Virus record (IMG/VR): IMGVR_UViG_3300008740_000001
Coordinates: 128,001 to 192,000 of that record
DNA: 64,000 nucleotides
Origin: a virus
Lineage: Duplodnaviria; Caudoviricetes
Strand: one strand, 5' to 3'
Shown here: positions 55,694 to 63,154 of the stretch, piece after piece
Layout: the number at the start of each line of letters is the position of its first letter
Numbering within the stretch: the first letter of the stretch is position 1
Made by a program: the position numbers and the translations under genes
The notes under the pieces: generated by a model
Database searches by the model: none
The model's input: only the letters and a program-made list of their open reading frames with translations
What the model was told of the DNA's origin: nothing

Positions 55694-56182
55694 GTGAAAA
55701 TTGTTTTTTTGCATGGACTGGAATCAAGTCCCAACTCGGCAAAGGTAAAATTTCTGCGCGAACAAGGTCACGAGGTGCTGGCACCCCGTCTTGATCGAAA
55801 CGATTGGGAACAGTCTGTTATGGCGGCTCGTGATGCTATCACTGCTTTCCAACCCGATGTGGTCGTTGGCTCGTCTAGGGGCGGTGCTGTTGCTATGGTC
55901 GCAAGAGTCTCACCCATTCCAACAATCCTAATCGCACCTGCATGGAAGAAATACGCGCCTTGGGCCACCATCAGCGGGAGCACAGTGATTCTTCATTCTT
56001 CACAAGACTGGATTGTGCCCTTTGCAGACTCGGAAGAACTCGCCCGTACTTTCGGTGCTAAACTTTATGACGTTGGCGAGGACCATCGCATGAACGACCC
56101 AGAGGCACTTAGTGCCTTGGCTGTGGGCCTTGATTGGCAGGGACATGGCTGGTTTAGTAAAAATCTTCAAGATAACACTTGA
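55694..56182 (+). CDS. Alpha/beta hydrolase (YqiA/UPF0227-like esterase)
   Basis: FLHGLES, GSSRGG nucleophile elbow, HSSQD, DH. Confidence 0.88.
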   Translation: MKIVFLHGLESSPNSAKVKFLREQGHEVLAPRLDRNDWEQSVMAARDAITAFQPDVVVGSSRGGAVAMVARVSPIPTILIAPAWKKYAPWATISGSTVILHSSQDWIVPFADSEELARTFGAKLYDVGEDHRMNDPEALSALAVGLDWQGHGWFSKNLQDNT

Positions 56183-56207
56183 CATTTGAATCTATCTGAT
56201 ATATATT
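56179..56207 (+). promoter_or_regulatory. Sigma70-type promoter
   Basis: TTGACA-N17-TATATT. Confidence 0.78.
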
Positions 56208-56215
56208 ATAGGTGA

Positions 56216-56482
56216 GTGACAAAAGATATGTCTGACCAACTGATAAATCACGCTAGCGGATCGATGCCGCAGCTTACCCTTTTTGAGAGTGCCCAACTAG
56301 GACTAATGGCCTTCGTCGGAGGGCTAGCGATGGATGCCCAACTCGATGCCATTATCCCGACTATCCGCGAATCAGAGCGTTTGAAGTTGGATGGCACTGT
56401 AACCCAACATGAAGTAGCTTTGCTAGACGCCTTTATTGCACAGGCGCTGCGCGATCTGCCTCCCGTTGCAGAGGATGTATAA
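56216..56482 (+). CDS. Hypothetical protein
   Basis: First ORF after the promoter. Confidence 0.45.
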   Translation: MTKDMSDQLINHASGSMPQLTLFESAQLGLMAFVGGLAMDAQLDAIIPTIRESERLKLDGTVTQHEVALLDAFIAQALRDLPPVAEDV

Positions 56483-56757
56483 TGAAAACCGTTATTGTCG
56501 TTGACACTGACGATCCAAAGGGGATGGAGAGTACCCGGCGTATTGTGGACAACCTGTTGACCACCTATCATCACCGCAGTATTGAAGCCGGTGATCCATT
56601 CTCTGGCAAGATCCAGTTCATCAAGCACTTGCGAGCATATGTAAAGTTCTGTGAGGAAAACTGGCCCGATGACTGGCAAAATCAGATCGGCAACCTTAAG
56701 ACCTCGAAGGGATACGCGGATACCCTCAAACTTTTCCAACGTGCAGGTAACCTGTGA
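56482..56757 (+). CDS. Hypothetical protein
   Basis: GAGG SD, coupled ORF. Confidence 0.5.
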   Translation: MKTVIVVDTDDPKGMESTRRIVDNLLTTYHHRSIEAGDPFSGKIQFIKHLRAYVKFCEENWPDDWQNQIGNLKTSKGYADTLKLFQRAGNL

Positions 56758-56975
56758 GTCAGAGCCAGCACTACTATAATCCGCAAGTGGGCGATTTGGT
56801 GCGAATCATCGAGGGTACACACGATCCGAGCATGCCCGAAGATCGTATTGGTCTGATCGTGGAGATTCTGCAACAGGAACCGGGAGACGCCCCGCGCAGT
56901 CACGATACTTTTATGGTCAAGTTTGGCACCCGTACCTTGAAGTTCCACAAGATGTGGCTTGAAAAAGTCTCTTGA
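56754..56975 (+). CDS. Small SH3-like protein
   Basis: PQVGDLVRI...IGLIV...LEKVS. Confidence 0.55.
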   Translation: MSQSQHYYNPQVGDLVRIIEGTHDPSMPEDRIGLIVEILQQEPGDAPRSHDTFMVKFGTRTLKFHKMWLEKVS

Positions 56976-57026
56976 CATCTTTTTGACAAAAAACCCCTTG
57001 CACCTCGCGCTAGCCTGTGCTATATT
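56972..57026 (+). promoter_or_regulatory. Triple -35 promoter
   Basis: TTGACA(56972), TTGACA(56983), TTGCAC(56998)-N17-TATATT. Confidence 0.8.
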
Positions 57027-57051
57027 ATATACATGATTTACGGAGAGTGTC

Positions 57052-57384
57052 ATGTCTGATTTTTATGTGAGCCGAATCGACGTTCGGGCTGGTGATCCTA
57101 CTGCTGGCGAGCCCGCTGTTGTTGCAGAGGAGGTCGTCCTGACCCTCAAAGCGCCATATCATGCTGCGGAGCGTAGTTACCAAAAGTTCCGCGCTTTGGG
57201 CATTGAGAACATTGGGCTGTACGAGTATTCTTTGAACAAAAAGTCTTACGCGGCTAGCCTCAAAGCGCAGAAGCGCAGGAAGTTCAAGAAGATCACGCTG
57301 GCTGACGTGGCAAAGGATTTGCAAGAGTTTATGGAGGAAGGCAAGCCCGATGCCGATCAAGAAACACACACTGAAAAGGGGTGA
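57052..57384 (+). CDS. Hypothetical protein
   Basis: GGAG SD, first ORF after the promoter. Confidence 0.55.
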   Translation: MSDFYVSRIDVRAGDPTAGEPAVVAEEVVLTLKAPYHAAERSYQKFRALGIENIGLYEYSLNKKSYAASLKAQKRRKFKKITLADVAKDLQEFMEEGKPDADQETHTEKG

Positions 57385-57574
57385 TCTTGTTCGGCTTCGC
57401 ACAGGCTGGCCCGAACATTGGCGTTATGGAATCGTGTTGCGAGTGAACAACCACAACCCTGAATGGCCACACTGTGATATACACTTTTTTCAAACACCAA
57501 CATCAGAATCAAAACAATCTAACATCAATCAATATCTAACTGGACTGGAGAAGATAAATGAGCAACACATTTGA
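57350..57574 (+). CDS. Small SH3-like protein
   Basis: LKRGDLVRL...GIV...LEKINE. Confidence 0.55.
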   Translation: MPIKKHTLKRGDLVRLRTGWPEHWRYGIVLRVNNHNPEWPHCDIHFFQTPTSESKQSNINQYLTGLEKINEQHI

Positions 57575-57788
57575 AATCGGTGAGGCTGTCGTGGTCGATA
57601 CCCGCAACTATTTGCAACACACAGAAGGCATCGTGATTGACGCATCATCGTCGGTCGATGGGTGCAGCGAGGATATGTATACGGTCGAGGTCGAAAACCA
57701 CGGTACGCATTTCTTCTATGGGTCTGATCTCCGAGCGGCAGCACCGGATGAACCTGAAGAAGAACCGGAGTGGAGGATTGCACTGTGA
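57558..57788 (+). CDS. Small SH3-like protein
   Basis: FEIGEAVVV...GIVI...YTV...DL. Confidence 0.55.
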   Translation: MSNTFEIGEAVVVDTRNYLQHTEGIVIDASSSVDGCSEDMYTVEVENHGTHFFYGSDLRAAAPDEPEEEPEWRIAL

Positions 57789-58042
57789 AGTTGTCAAGCA
57801 AACAGATGCGCTCGCTCCACCAGCTTGTAAAGCACGAGGTGGAAACAATGGGCGCAGCGTGGAACATTGACGAGGAGGAGTACCAGCAGGACATTCGGGA
57901 AGTGTTGGGAGTGATCGAGGCTACGCAATCGCAAAGTAAACTTGTAGCTCAGGCTGCTGAGACAAGACGAGCCAGAGTTAGTGCAACGTCTGCACCCGAG
58001 CAGGTGTGGCCCAAACCAATAAATGATCCCGCCGACTGGTAG
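57770..58042 (+). CDS. Hypothetical protein
   Basis: Overlapping ORF; start uncertain. Confidence 0.45.
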   Translation: MEDCTVKLSSKQMRSLHQLVKHEVETMGAAWNIDEEEYQQDIREVLGVIEATQSQSKLVAQAAETRRARVSATSAPEQVWPKPINDPADW

Positions 58043-58055
58043 GAGGCAAAAGAAT

Positions 58056-58364
58056 ATGCCAATGTGGAAACTAAACGAGAAGGTTGTTTGTCGTGATGGG
58101 TTTGAAGCCAGCATCCAAGCAAATGAAGGTGCATACTGTACGCCAAGAGTCACAGATGCAGATAACTATACAGCAGTCGAGATCGGCTTTCCAAGCCAGC
58201 GAGAAGAACTGATTATAGAATGGGCCGAAGATCCTCACCGCCCGACCGAGACTGTGTATGGCTGGGTTCCTGTCGATAGGGCCTCGCTTATGATCGCCAA
58301 ACATGGAGGCATCGTATCTGGTGAGGTTCCACCCGGTGTCATTCGACTGGAGGCCAAAAAGTAA
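58056..58364 (+). CDS. Conserved phage hypothetical protein
   Basis: C.DGF..SIQA....YC.PR...VEIGFPS...YGWVP; AGGAGG SD. Confidence 0.6.
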   Translation: MPMWKLNEKVVCRDGFEASIQANEGAYCTPRVTDADNYTAVEIGFPSQREELIIEWAEDPHRPTETVYGWVPVDRASLMIAKHGGIVSGEVPPGVIRLEAKK

Positions 58365-58400
58365 ACTTTGGCATTTCTCAAAGTTGTGAGATTAGATTAT

Positions 58401-58485
58401 GGCGCGGTGGTGGAATCGGTATACACAGCAGACTTAAAATCTGCCGCTTTTTAGCTTGCGGGTTCGAGTCCCGCCCGCGCTACCA
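58401..58485 (+). tRNA. tRNA-Leu(TAA)
   Basis: Acceptor GGCGCGG/CCGCGCT, anticodon arm GCAGA-CTTAAAA-TCTGC, long variable arm, T arm GCGGG-TTCGAGT-CCCGC, encoded CCA. Confidence 0.95.
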
Positions 58486-58499
58486 TTTTTCGCTGCCCT

Positions 58500-58595
58500 G
58501 TTCAGCGGCGGGACTTGCGACCCGCCTTGAAGTGCAGACCGTCACTAGGAGCAGAGGCGAAGTCTACGGGCTTCGACCTAACCGCTGCTGCCACG
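58500..58595 (+). ncRNA. Candidate structured ncRNA downstream of tRNA-Leu
   Basis: Closing CAGCGG/CCGCTG, internal hairpins CGGG..CCCG, AGTG..CACT, and GAAGTC-TACG-GGCTTC (C-UACG-G tetraloop). Confidence 0.5.
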
Positions 58596-58660
58596 AATCG
58601 GTGCTGGGGGTTTCTTTTTATTCGCTTCTAGTTATTATAGTATAGCTTGGAGGCTTTATC

Positions 58661-58843
58661 ATGATTATCATTCCACTTGACAAACTTGAAAAACTACGAA
58701 TCGAACAAGGCAAGGAGAGGCCAACCGACCGGCCCGCGCTGCAGTTGCCCGTGCCGGAGCATATGCCAGAAGCAATACACAGCGGGTCGGTTGAGCCGAC
58801 CGAGGACGAAACCGGTGCTGCAATCATAGATTTCACCCTTTGA
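58661..58843 (+). CDS. Hypothetical protein
   Basis: GGAGG SD; stop codon lies inside the first TTGACA box. Confidence 0.55.
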   Translation: MIIIPLDKLEKLRIEQGKERPTDRPALQLPVPEHMPEAIHSGSVEPTEDETGAAIIDFTL

Positions 58844-58894
58844 CATTCTCTTGACAACTTGGCTATTGACGCCACACCTCTCGCATGTTATATT
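58840..58894 (+). promoter_or_regulatory. Triple -35 promoter
   Basis: TTGACA(58840), TTGACA(58851), TTGACG(58866)-N17-TATATT. Confidence 0.82.
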
Positions 58895-58900
58895 ATATAC

Positions 58901-59071
58901 ATGAAACGAAGAAAGACAAAGGCACCGAAGTCGCGCAACTGGCTTGCGGTACATGCACGAATGGACTTGGCCACTGGTGGCGAGCGCAAAGGCGCTGGAC
59001 CGCACGGAGGCCGGAAGCAGCGTTATAGCCGCAAGGTAAAGCACAAGGGGCGTACTAATGAAAGTCGGTGA
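58901..59071 (+). CDS. Small basic protein, ArfA-like C-terminus
   Basis: RN.LA...KGAG...YSRKVKHKG; ends NESR* in the cassette junction. Confidence 0.5.
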   Translation: MKRRKTKAPKSRNWLAVHARMDLATGGERKGAGPHGGRKQRYSRKVKHKGRTNESR

Positions 59072-59219
59072 TCTGATCATGTCGAAAGACGGATACCATA
59101 CTGCGCTAGTGGTGAGTATTGTCGGAGCCGCTGCTTTCAACCGCATCAAAGTGCTGGTTGTTGGCAGCGACACGCCCGAAATGTGCGATCCGAGAATGTG
59201 GGAGGTTATAAGTGGATAG
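59058..59219 (+). CDS. SH3-like cassette protein (not in the ORF track)
   Basis: MKVGDLIMSKDG...WEVISG*, 53 aa, translated by hand. Confidence 0.65.
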   Translation: MKVGDLIMSKDGYHTALVVSIVGAAAFNRIKVLVVGSDTPEMCDPRMWEVISG

Positions 59220-59340
59220 CCTGCCTCAAACTCCCTTGGTGGCTTTTCTTTACATCTTTGCCTTCATAGGTCTTGGCATATTGATTAGTCAGGCCAGTCA
59301 TATTTTATACGACATTTGGGAAGATTGGAGGAAGAAGTGA
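59212..59340 (+). CDS. Small single-TM protein (42 aa)
   Basis: GGAGG SD, GTG start; LVAFLYIFAFIGLGILI. Confidence 0.5.
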   Translation: MDSLPQTPLVAFLYIFAFIGLGILISQASHILYDIWEDWRKK

Positions 59341-59420
59341 GAAGTATATTGGTAACTATTGGAATCGTGGTAACGATTTTCGTGCTTTCGTTTGCTATTA
59401 CATTGGCGCTAACAGCATGA
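59337..59420 (+). CDS. Small hydrophobic peptide (27 aa)
   Basis: GGAGG SD, GTGA and ATGA couplings at both ends; MRSILVTIGIVVTIFVLSFAITLALTA. Confidence 0.45.
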   Translation: MRSILVTIGIVVTIFVLSFAITLALTA

Positions 59421-59617
59421 AAGTCGGTGATTTGGTGCGCCCAACAGACAGAAACCTTCTATCGGGAAGCCGACGAGTTGGCATTGTTGTGCATGTGGAT
59501 ACCGGATGGGATAACAAACAAGTAAGAGTAAAGTGGGACATCCCCTCGTGGATGGACGATGAGGGTTTGGCGTCTGAATCTCCCGAGAACCTAGAGGTGA
59601 TCAGTGAAAGTCGGTGA
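59417..59617 (+). CDS. SH3-like cassette protein
   Basis: MKVGDLV...LEVISESR*. Confidence 0.7.
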   Translation: MKVGDLVRPTDRNLLSGSRRVGIVVHVDTGWDNKQVRVKWDIPSWMDDEGLASESPENLEVISESR

Positions 59618-59765
59618 CTTGGTTCGACATTGGTTGACAGAACAACTCGGTATTATCCTCGATGTTGGGTTTCACAATATCAGGGTTCAGTGGCTAGATG
59701 AGATCGTCTTTGGTGTTGAAGAACTTGATCCTCGCAACGTGGAGGTGGTCAGTGAAGCCCGGTGA
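59604..59765 (+). CDS. SH3-like cassette protein (not in the ORF track)
   Basis: MKVGDLVRHW...VEVVSEAR*, 53 aa, translated by hand. Confidence 0.65.
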   Translation: MKVGDLVRHWLTEQLGIILDVGFHNIRVQWLDEIVFGVEELDPRNVEVVSEAR

Positions 59766-59940
59766 TCTGGTAAGGCATTCCGAGCCTGTGGACCGGGCTG
59801 AGTTTGATGCTGTTGGTGTTGTTGTTGAGATTCAAGAAGATTGGATGAAGAACTGGTCAAAAGTAAAAGTAATGTGGACCGGCCTTCAGGTTCCAGTATG
59901 GGAACCAATCCGCTGCGTCAAACTCTTTACATCCTCTTGA
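59752..59940 (+). CDS. SH3-like cassette protein
   Basis: MKPGDLVRH...VGVVV...VKVMW; GGAGG SD. Confidence 0.65.
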   Translation: MKPGDLVRHSEPVDRAEFDAVGVVVEIQEDWMKNWSKVKVMWTGLQVPVWEPIRCVKLFTSS

Positions 59941-59980
59941 CAAGATTCTTGTTGACAGCCACAAACCCTTGTGCTATAAT
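59926..59980 (+). promoter_or_regulatory. Triple -35 promoter
   Basis: TTTACA(59926), TTGACA(59937), TTGACA(59952)-N17-TATAAT. Confidence 0.8.
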
Positions 59981-60005
59981 ACATAGGTAAATCGGAGAAC
60001 ACACC

Positions 60006-60344
60006 ATGAATATCGAACTAACCGAAGATGAGATTATCATGATCCTTGACTGCATTGGAGCACGGATTGAGGATCTTCAAGAAACCTTGGCATGGACACC
60101 TGATTGCGGCGAATCTGCCGATCAGCTATCCGCATTGGCCGATCTGGATATGGACTTGCGCGAGCAGTCCAACCGGCGGGACGATGGCTGGAATGACGAA
60201 GTGACTGAAACCTTTACGACGAACCTAGTCCAGTCTGCCATCGACGACTGGCAATCAAAAGTAACCTCTAGCTCGAAGGCCGCCAGCAGGCGGCAGGCCC
60301 GGTGGCTAGGACTGAACCGAACAACCAACAAAGGGAATGAATAG
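60006..60344 (+). CDS. Hypothetical helical protein
   Basis: GGAG SD, first ORF after the promoter. Confidence 0.55.
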   Translation: MNIELTEDEIIMILDCIGARIEDLQETLAWTPDCGESADQLSALADLDMDLREQSNRRDDGWNDEVTETFTTNLVQSAIDDWQSKVTSSSKAASRRQARWLGLNRTTNKGNE

Positions 60345-60540
60345 CATGGCGATTTGCATCGAATGTGAAGAAGAATACAACGACAAGCGGAAAGCCTTGG
60401 GCTACCGCACTTGCTTGGACTGTGGAGGTCGAGCAGCAAACAGGACCATCCGGGCCCGAAACGCTGCCAGCTTGCGGGCTATGACCCCGAACCACTACGA
60501 AGGCAGCGTGGAGGATATGTTTGACAAGCGCCCCTCTTGA
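60337..60540 (+). CDS. C4 zinc-finger protein (TraR/DksA-like finger)
   Basis: CIEC-x15-CLDC with internal R...G. Confidence 0.5.
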   Translation: MNSMAICIECEEEYNDKRKALGYRTCLDCGGRAANRTIRARNAASLRAMTPNHYEGSVEDMFDKRPS

Positions 60541-60544
60541 AGCC

Positions 60545-60599
60545 TTGACATTTACTTGACAAGAAATGCCTTGCCATCTAGTGCAGGGCATGATATATT
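60545..60599 (+). promoter_or_regulatory. Triple -35 promoter
   Basis: TTGACA(60545), TTGACA(60556), TTGCCA(60571)-N17-TATATT. Confidence 0.82.
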
Positions 60600-60605
60600 A
60601 TATAC

Positions 60606-60890
60606 ATGAGCCAAAGGAGAAATCTCATGATGCCTGACTACGATCCAGATTTTCAAGTCTACACCGATATGGAGCAGTGTAACCGCTTTGAAGCCTCGTA
60701 CTTTGATCACGAGGCCGAGTTGGTTGTTGCAGCATCTACCCTTCTGGAGTCGAAAGGACCGGGCGGCTATGATGCTTCGCATACCGAGTTTTTGTCACAG
60801 TTTGGTTCAGGCACACTGGTGCTTCGTCGCACTAGCGAACAGTGCCCCGGCTGGTGGCGTGTTCACAACTTTATCCCGACGAGGTGGTAA
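60606..60890 (+). CDS. Hypothetical protein
   Basis: First ORF after the promoter; alternative start after AAGGAG. Confidence 0.5.
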   Translation: MSQRRNLMMPDYDPDFQVYTDMEQCNRFEASYFDHEAELVVAASTLLESKGPGGYDASHTEFLSQFGSGTLVLRRTSEQCPGWWRVHNFIPTRW

Positions 60891-61196
60891 ATGGAACTTT
60901 GGGTCATGACAGGTACATATAACGGCGAACATTTCGCCACAACCCACTTGACCGAAGTCGGAGCATTGAAATCAATGATCTTCGACGTACTCCAGTTTCT
61001 TGGCATCGAGGAAGAAGAACATGCGAGAGCAGATCCCGACGCAGCAGAAAAGCCAGACTTGGAGTGGAGCCCGCAAGTGATTGGAGAAATGGAAGTTGAT
61101 GAACTGCGGTCCCTAATGCGTAAGTACCACCAATACACTTGGGACAACTGCGAAGGGTACTCCATAGAAATATGCCGGTGCCAACTGGAAGCATGA
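60891..61196 (+). CDS. Hypothetical protein
   Basis: GAGGTG SD, coupled ORF. Confidence 0.55.
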   Translation: MELWVMTGTYNGEHFATTHLTEVGALKSMIFDVLQFLGIEEEEHARADPDAAEKPDLEWSPQVIGEMEVDELRSLMRKYHQYTWDNCEGYSIEICRCQLEA

Positions 61197-61423
61197 TTAG
61201 TAAACTTAGCCGACAACCACGGCGCAGCTTTGCGCCCCGACGCAGCAAGGCCCCGAGAATGGGGGATGTGGTGATCCATAAAGTTGATAAGTCTCTCGGT
61301 GTGGGTCTGGTTATGGAATGCTGGGGGATCGATTGCTTGGTTCAATGGGCCAAAACAATCGTGGAGCCAGATCCATGCTGGCATCGCCGCGTCAAGCTAG
61401 AGGTGATTAGTGAAAGTCGGTGA
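61193..61423 (+). CDS. SH3-like cassette protein
   Basis: RMGDVV...GLV...VQW...LEVISESR*. Confidence 0.6.
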   Translation: MISKLSRQPRRSFAPRRSKAPRMGDVVIHKVDKSLGVGLVMECWGIDCLVQWAKTIVEPDPCWHRRVKLEVISESR

Positions 61424-61607
61424 TTTGGTGATTATGCCGGGGTCGGGTATTGTTCCTGAAAGGCCAGCAATCGGCATTATAGTAACGCCCCGTGTCAACA
61501 GGGGAAAGACCCGCAGGACTGCCCGAATCGGTGTCATGTGGTCGGATGGCGATGGCGTGGATATGGAACCTTGTCACTGGCTGGAGGTGATTAGTGAAAG
61601 TCGGTGA
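61410..61607 (+). CDS. SH3-like cassette protein
   Basis: MKVGDLV...LEVISESR*. Confidence 0.7.
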   Translation: MKVGDLVIMPGSGIVPERPAIGIIVTPRVNRGKTRRTARIGVMWSDGDGVDMEPCHWLEVISESR

Positions 61608-61878
61608 TTTAGTGGTTCAAGGCAATCGAGTCTTGATGATAAAGGGCAGTAAGCGCAAGTCGAAAATGATTGGTGTTGTTGTAGCGATCCGTGACATGCC
61701 GCCCGCCCGACCGGAAGAAACTGAAGTGTTGAGACAAATGATGGCTATGCTAGGGCGTCAGGTTGATGTGCTTTGGCCTAATGGCCATGTGTCTAAAAAC
61801 TTTGCCGAGAACGGTTTAGAGGTTGTAACGTCCAAAGAAGAATGGCTGGAGGCTGTTAGTGACGTACAAGAAGGGTGA
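61594..61878 (+). CDS. SH3-like cassette protein
   Basis: MKVGDLV...GVVV...VLW...LEVV...EAVSD. Confidence 0.7.
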   Translation: MKVGDLVVQGNRVLMIKGSKRKSKMIGVVVAIRDMPPARPEETEVLRQMMAMLGRQVDVLWPNGHVSKNFAENGLEVVTSKEEWLEAVSDVQEG

Positions 61879-62065
61879 TTTGGTCGAAGTTAGGCGTATT
61901 CTGGGTGTGGGCGATGGGTTTCATCCACGGCGACGGGGCATAGTTCTGCAAACGACAGCGGCGATTTCTGACAACGATCCCAAAGGTGTTCTGGTGATGA
62001 TCAACGACGGAGTTGAGGCTAGCGAGTGGTATGCTTGGCAACTTGAAATGATTAGTGAAAAGTAA
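61859..62065 (+). CDS. SH3-like cassette protein
   Basis: MTYKKGDLV...GIV...LEMISEK*. Confidence 0.65.
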   Translation: MTYKKGDLVEVRRILGVGDGFHPRRRGIVLQTTAAISDNDPKGVLVMINDGVEASEWYAWQLEMISEK

Positions 62066-62119
62066 ACTTTGACATCTGAGTTTCTCCGCCGAGACTACTT
62101 ACAAGCGACGAGGTGAAAA

Positions 62120-62296
62120 ATGAAAGAAGTTGATGTAAAGCTGAACACCGGGCAGATTGAGATGATCGAAGAAGCCTTGCAGCTATTGCGAGTAACTTAT
62201 GACGGCAGCACTATCATTGGCAAGATCCGCCTGCGCGATGTGAAGTCGCTAGCAAGGAAGATGCACGAGGCGAAAGAGGACGCAGAAACGCCTTGA
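62120..62296 (+). CDS. Hypothetical protein (58 aa, not in the ORF track)
   Basis: GAGGTG SD; MKEVDVKLNTGQIEMIEEAL...; stop codon inside a TTGACA box. Confidence 0.55.
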   Translation: MKEVDVKLNTGQIEMIEEALQLLRVTYDGSTIIGKIRLRDVKSLARKMHEAKEDAETP

Positions 62297-62347
62297 CACA
62301 CTCTTGACAACTGAACTCTTGACAGGCTAGCCCGCAGATGGTATATT
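62293..62347 (+). promoter_or_regulatory. Triple -35 promoter
   Basis: TTGACA(62293), TTGACA(62304), TTGACA(62319)-N17-TATATT. Confidence 0.85.
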
Positions 62348-62353
62348 ATAGGC

Positions 62354-62584
62354 ATGATGATTGGTGATCTAGTGCTGGTTCATTGGGGCAACAGCGACTA
62401 TTCCGGCGCAGAGGGTGTCGATTGGGGTCGTTCCCCCGGCATCGTCATTGGCGAGGTCCGGTACTGGAATGAGGACGCCCGAGCCAGCAACTCGCCCGTG
62501 TGTGGCGATGTTGATCTATGGTTTCGTAACGAAAGAATCTCATACAATATCGGACGATGCGAGGTGATCAATGAAAGTGCCTAG
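62354..62584 (+). CDS. SH3-like cassette protein
   Basis: MMIGDLV...GIVI...EVINESA*. Confidence 0.7.
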   Translation: MMIGDLVLVHWGNSDYSGAEGVDWGRSPGIVIGEVRYWNEDARASNSPVCGDVDLWFRNERISYNIGRCEVINESA

Positions 62585-62753
62585 CCTAAAGATTGGTGAT
62601 CTGGTTGTTCGCACCTATGGAGAAGGACAAAGGCCGATGGCGCTCGTCGTTGGCCGGTTCAATGCGTTGATCGTAAAAGTAAAGTGGCTGGGCTCTGACA
62701 TGATCGAAGATGTGAACAGTCAATATCTGGAGGTAATCAATGAAAGTCGGTGA
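62571..62753 (+). CDS. SH3-like cassette protein
   Basis: MKVPSLKIGDLV...LEVINESR*. Confidence 0.7.
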   Translation: MKVPSLKIGDLVVRTYGEGQRPMALVVGRFNALIVKVKWLGSDMIEDVNSQYLEVINESR

Positions 62754-62937
62754 CTTGATAACTCTCACATATGAGGGTGAACCACTTGATGATCGGGCTG
62801 TGGGCATTGTTACCTGTATTGATCCCGAAGAACTTGGCGACGACGAAGAAGTTGAAGTATGGTGGATCGGTCATTTCACCGGCCACAGCAATCACTCAAC
62901 ATGGAATCTGGAGGTTATTAGTGATGCAAGTAGGTGA
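62740..62937 (+). CDS. SH3-like cassette protein
   Basis: MKVGDLI...LEVISDASR*. Confidence 0.7.
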   Translation: MKVGDLITLTYEGEPLDDRAVGIVTCIDPEELGDDEEVEVWWIGHFTGHSNHSTWNLEVISDASR

Positions 62938-63154
62938 CATAGTTCAGGGCGAAGCATGCAGCAACTTGGATGCTGTTGGCATCATTATATCGAAATCAAC
63001 ATCACCACCGTGGGCTGGAGGTCCAGACCGAATCGTGGTGTGCATAACAAAGAGCGCCGCGAACAATCATACAGACAAGTTTCAAGCAGGTAGTCACGCA
63101 TCAACAAAGGTCAGTTATAATCTTTGGAAGGTCATTAGTCATGCAAGTCGGTGA
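62924..63154 (+). CDS. SH3-like cassette protein
   Basis: MQVGDIV...KVISHASR*; probable true start is the ATG at 62924 after GGAGG. Confidence 0.68.
   Translation: MQVGDIVQGEACSNLDAVGIIISKSTSPPWAGGPDRIVVCITKSAANNHTDKFQAGSHASTKVSYNLWKVISHASR

Noticed and set aside
58490-58618. HDV-like/theta ribozyme after tRNA-Leu
   Set aside because: A P4-like hairpin followed by CTAA and a P2-like strand is present, but I could not build P1 or P1.1 and the L3 loop (ACTTGCGA) lacks the U..G/CC consensus. Kept only as an unassigned ncRNA.
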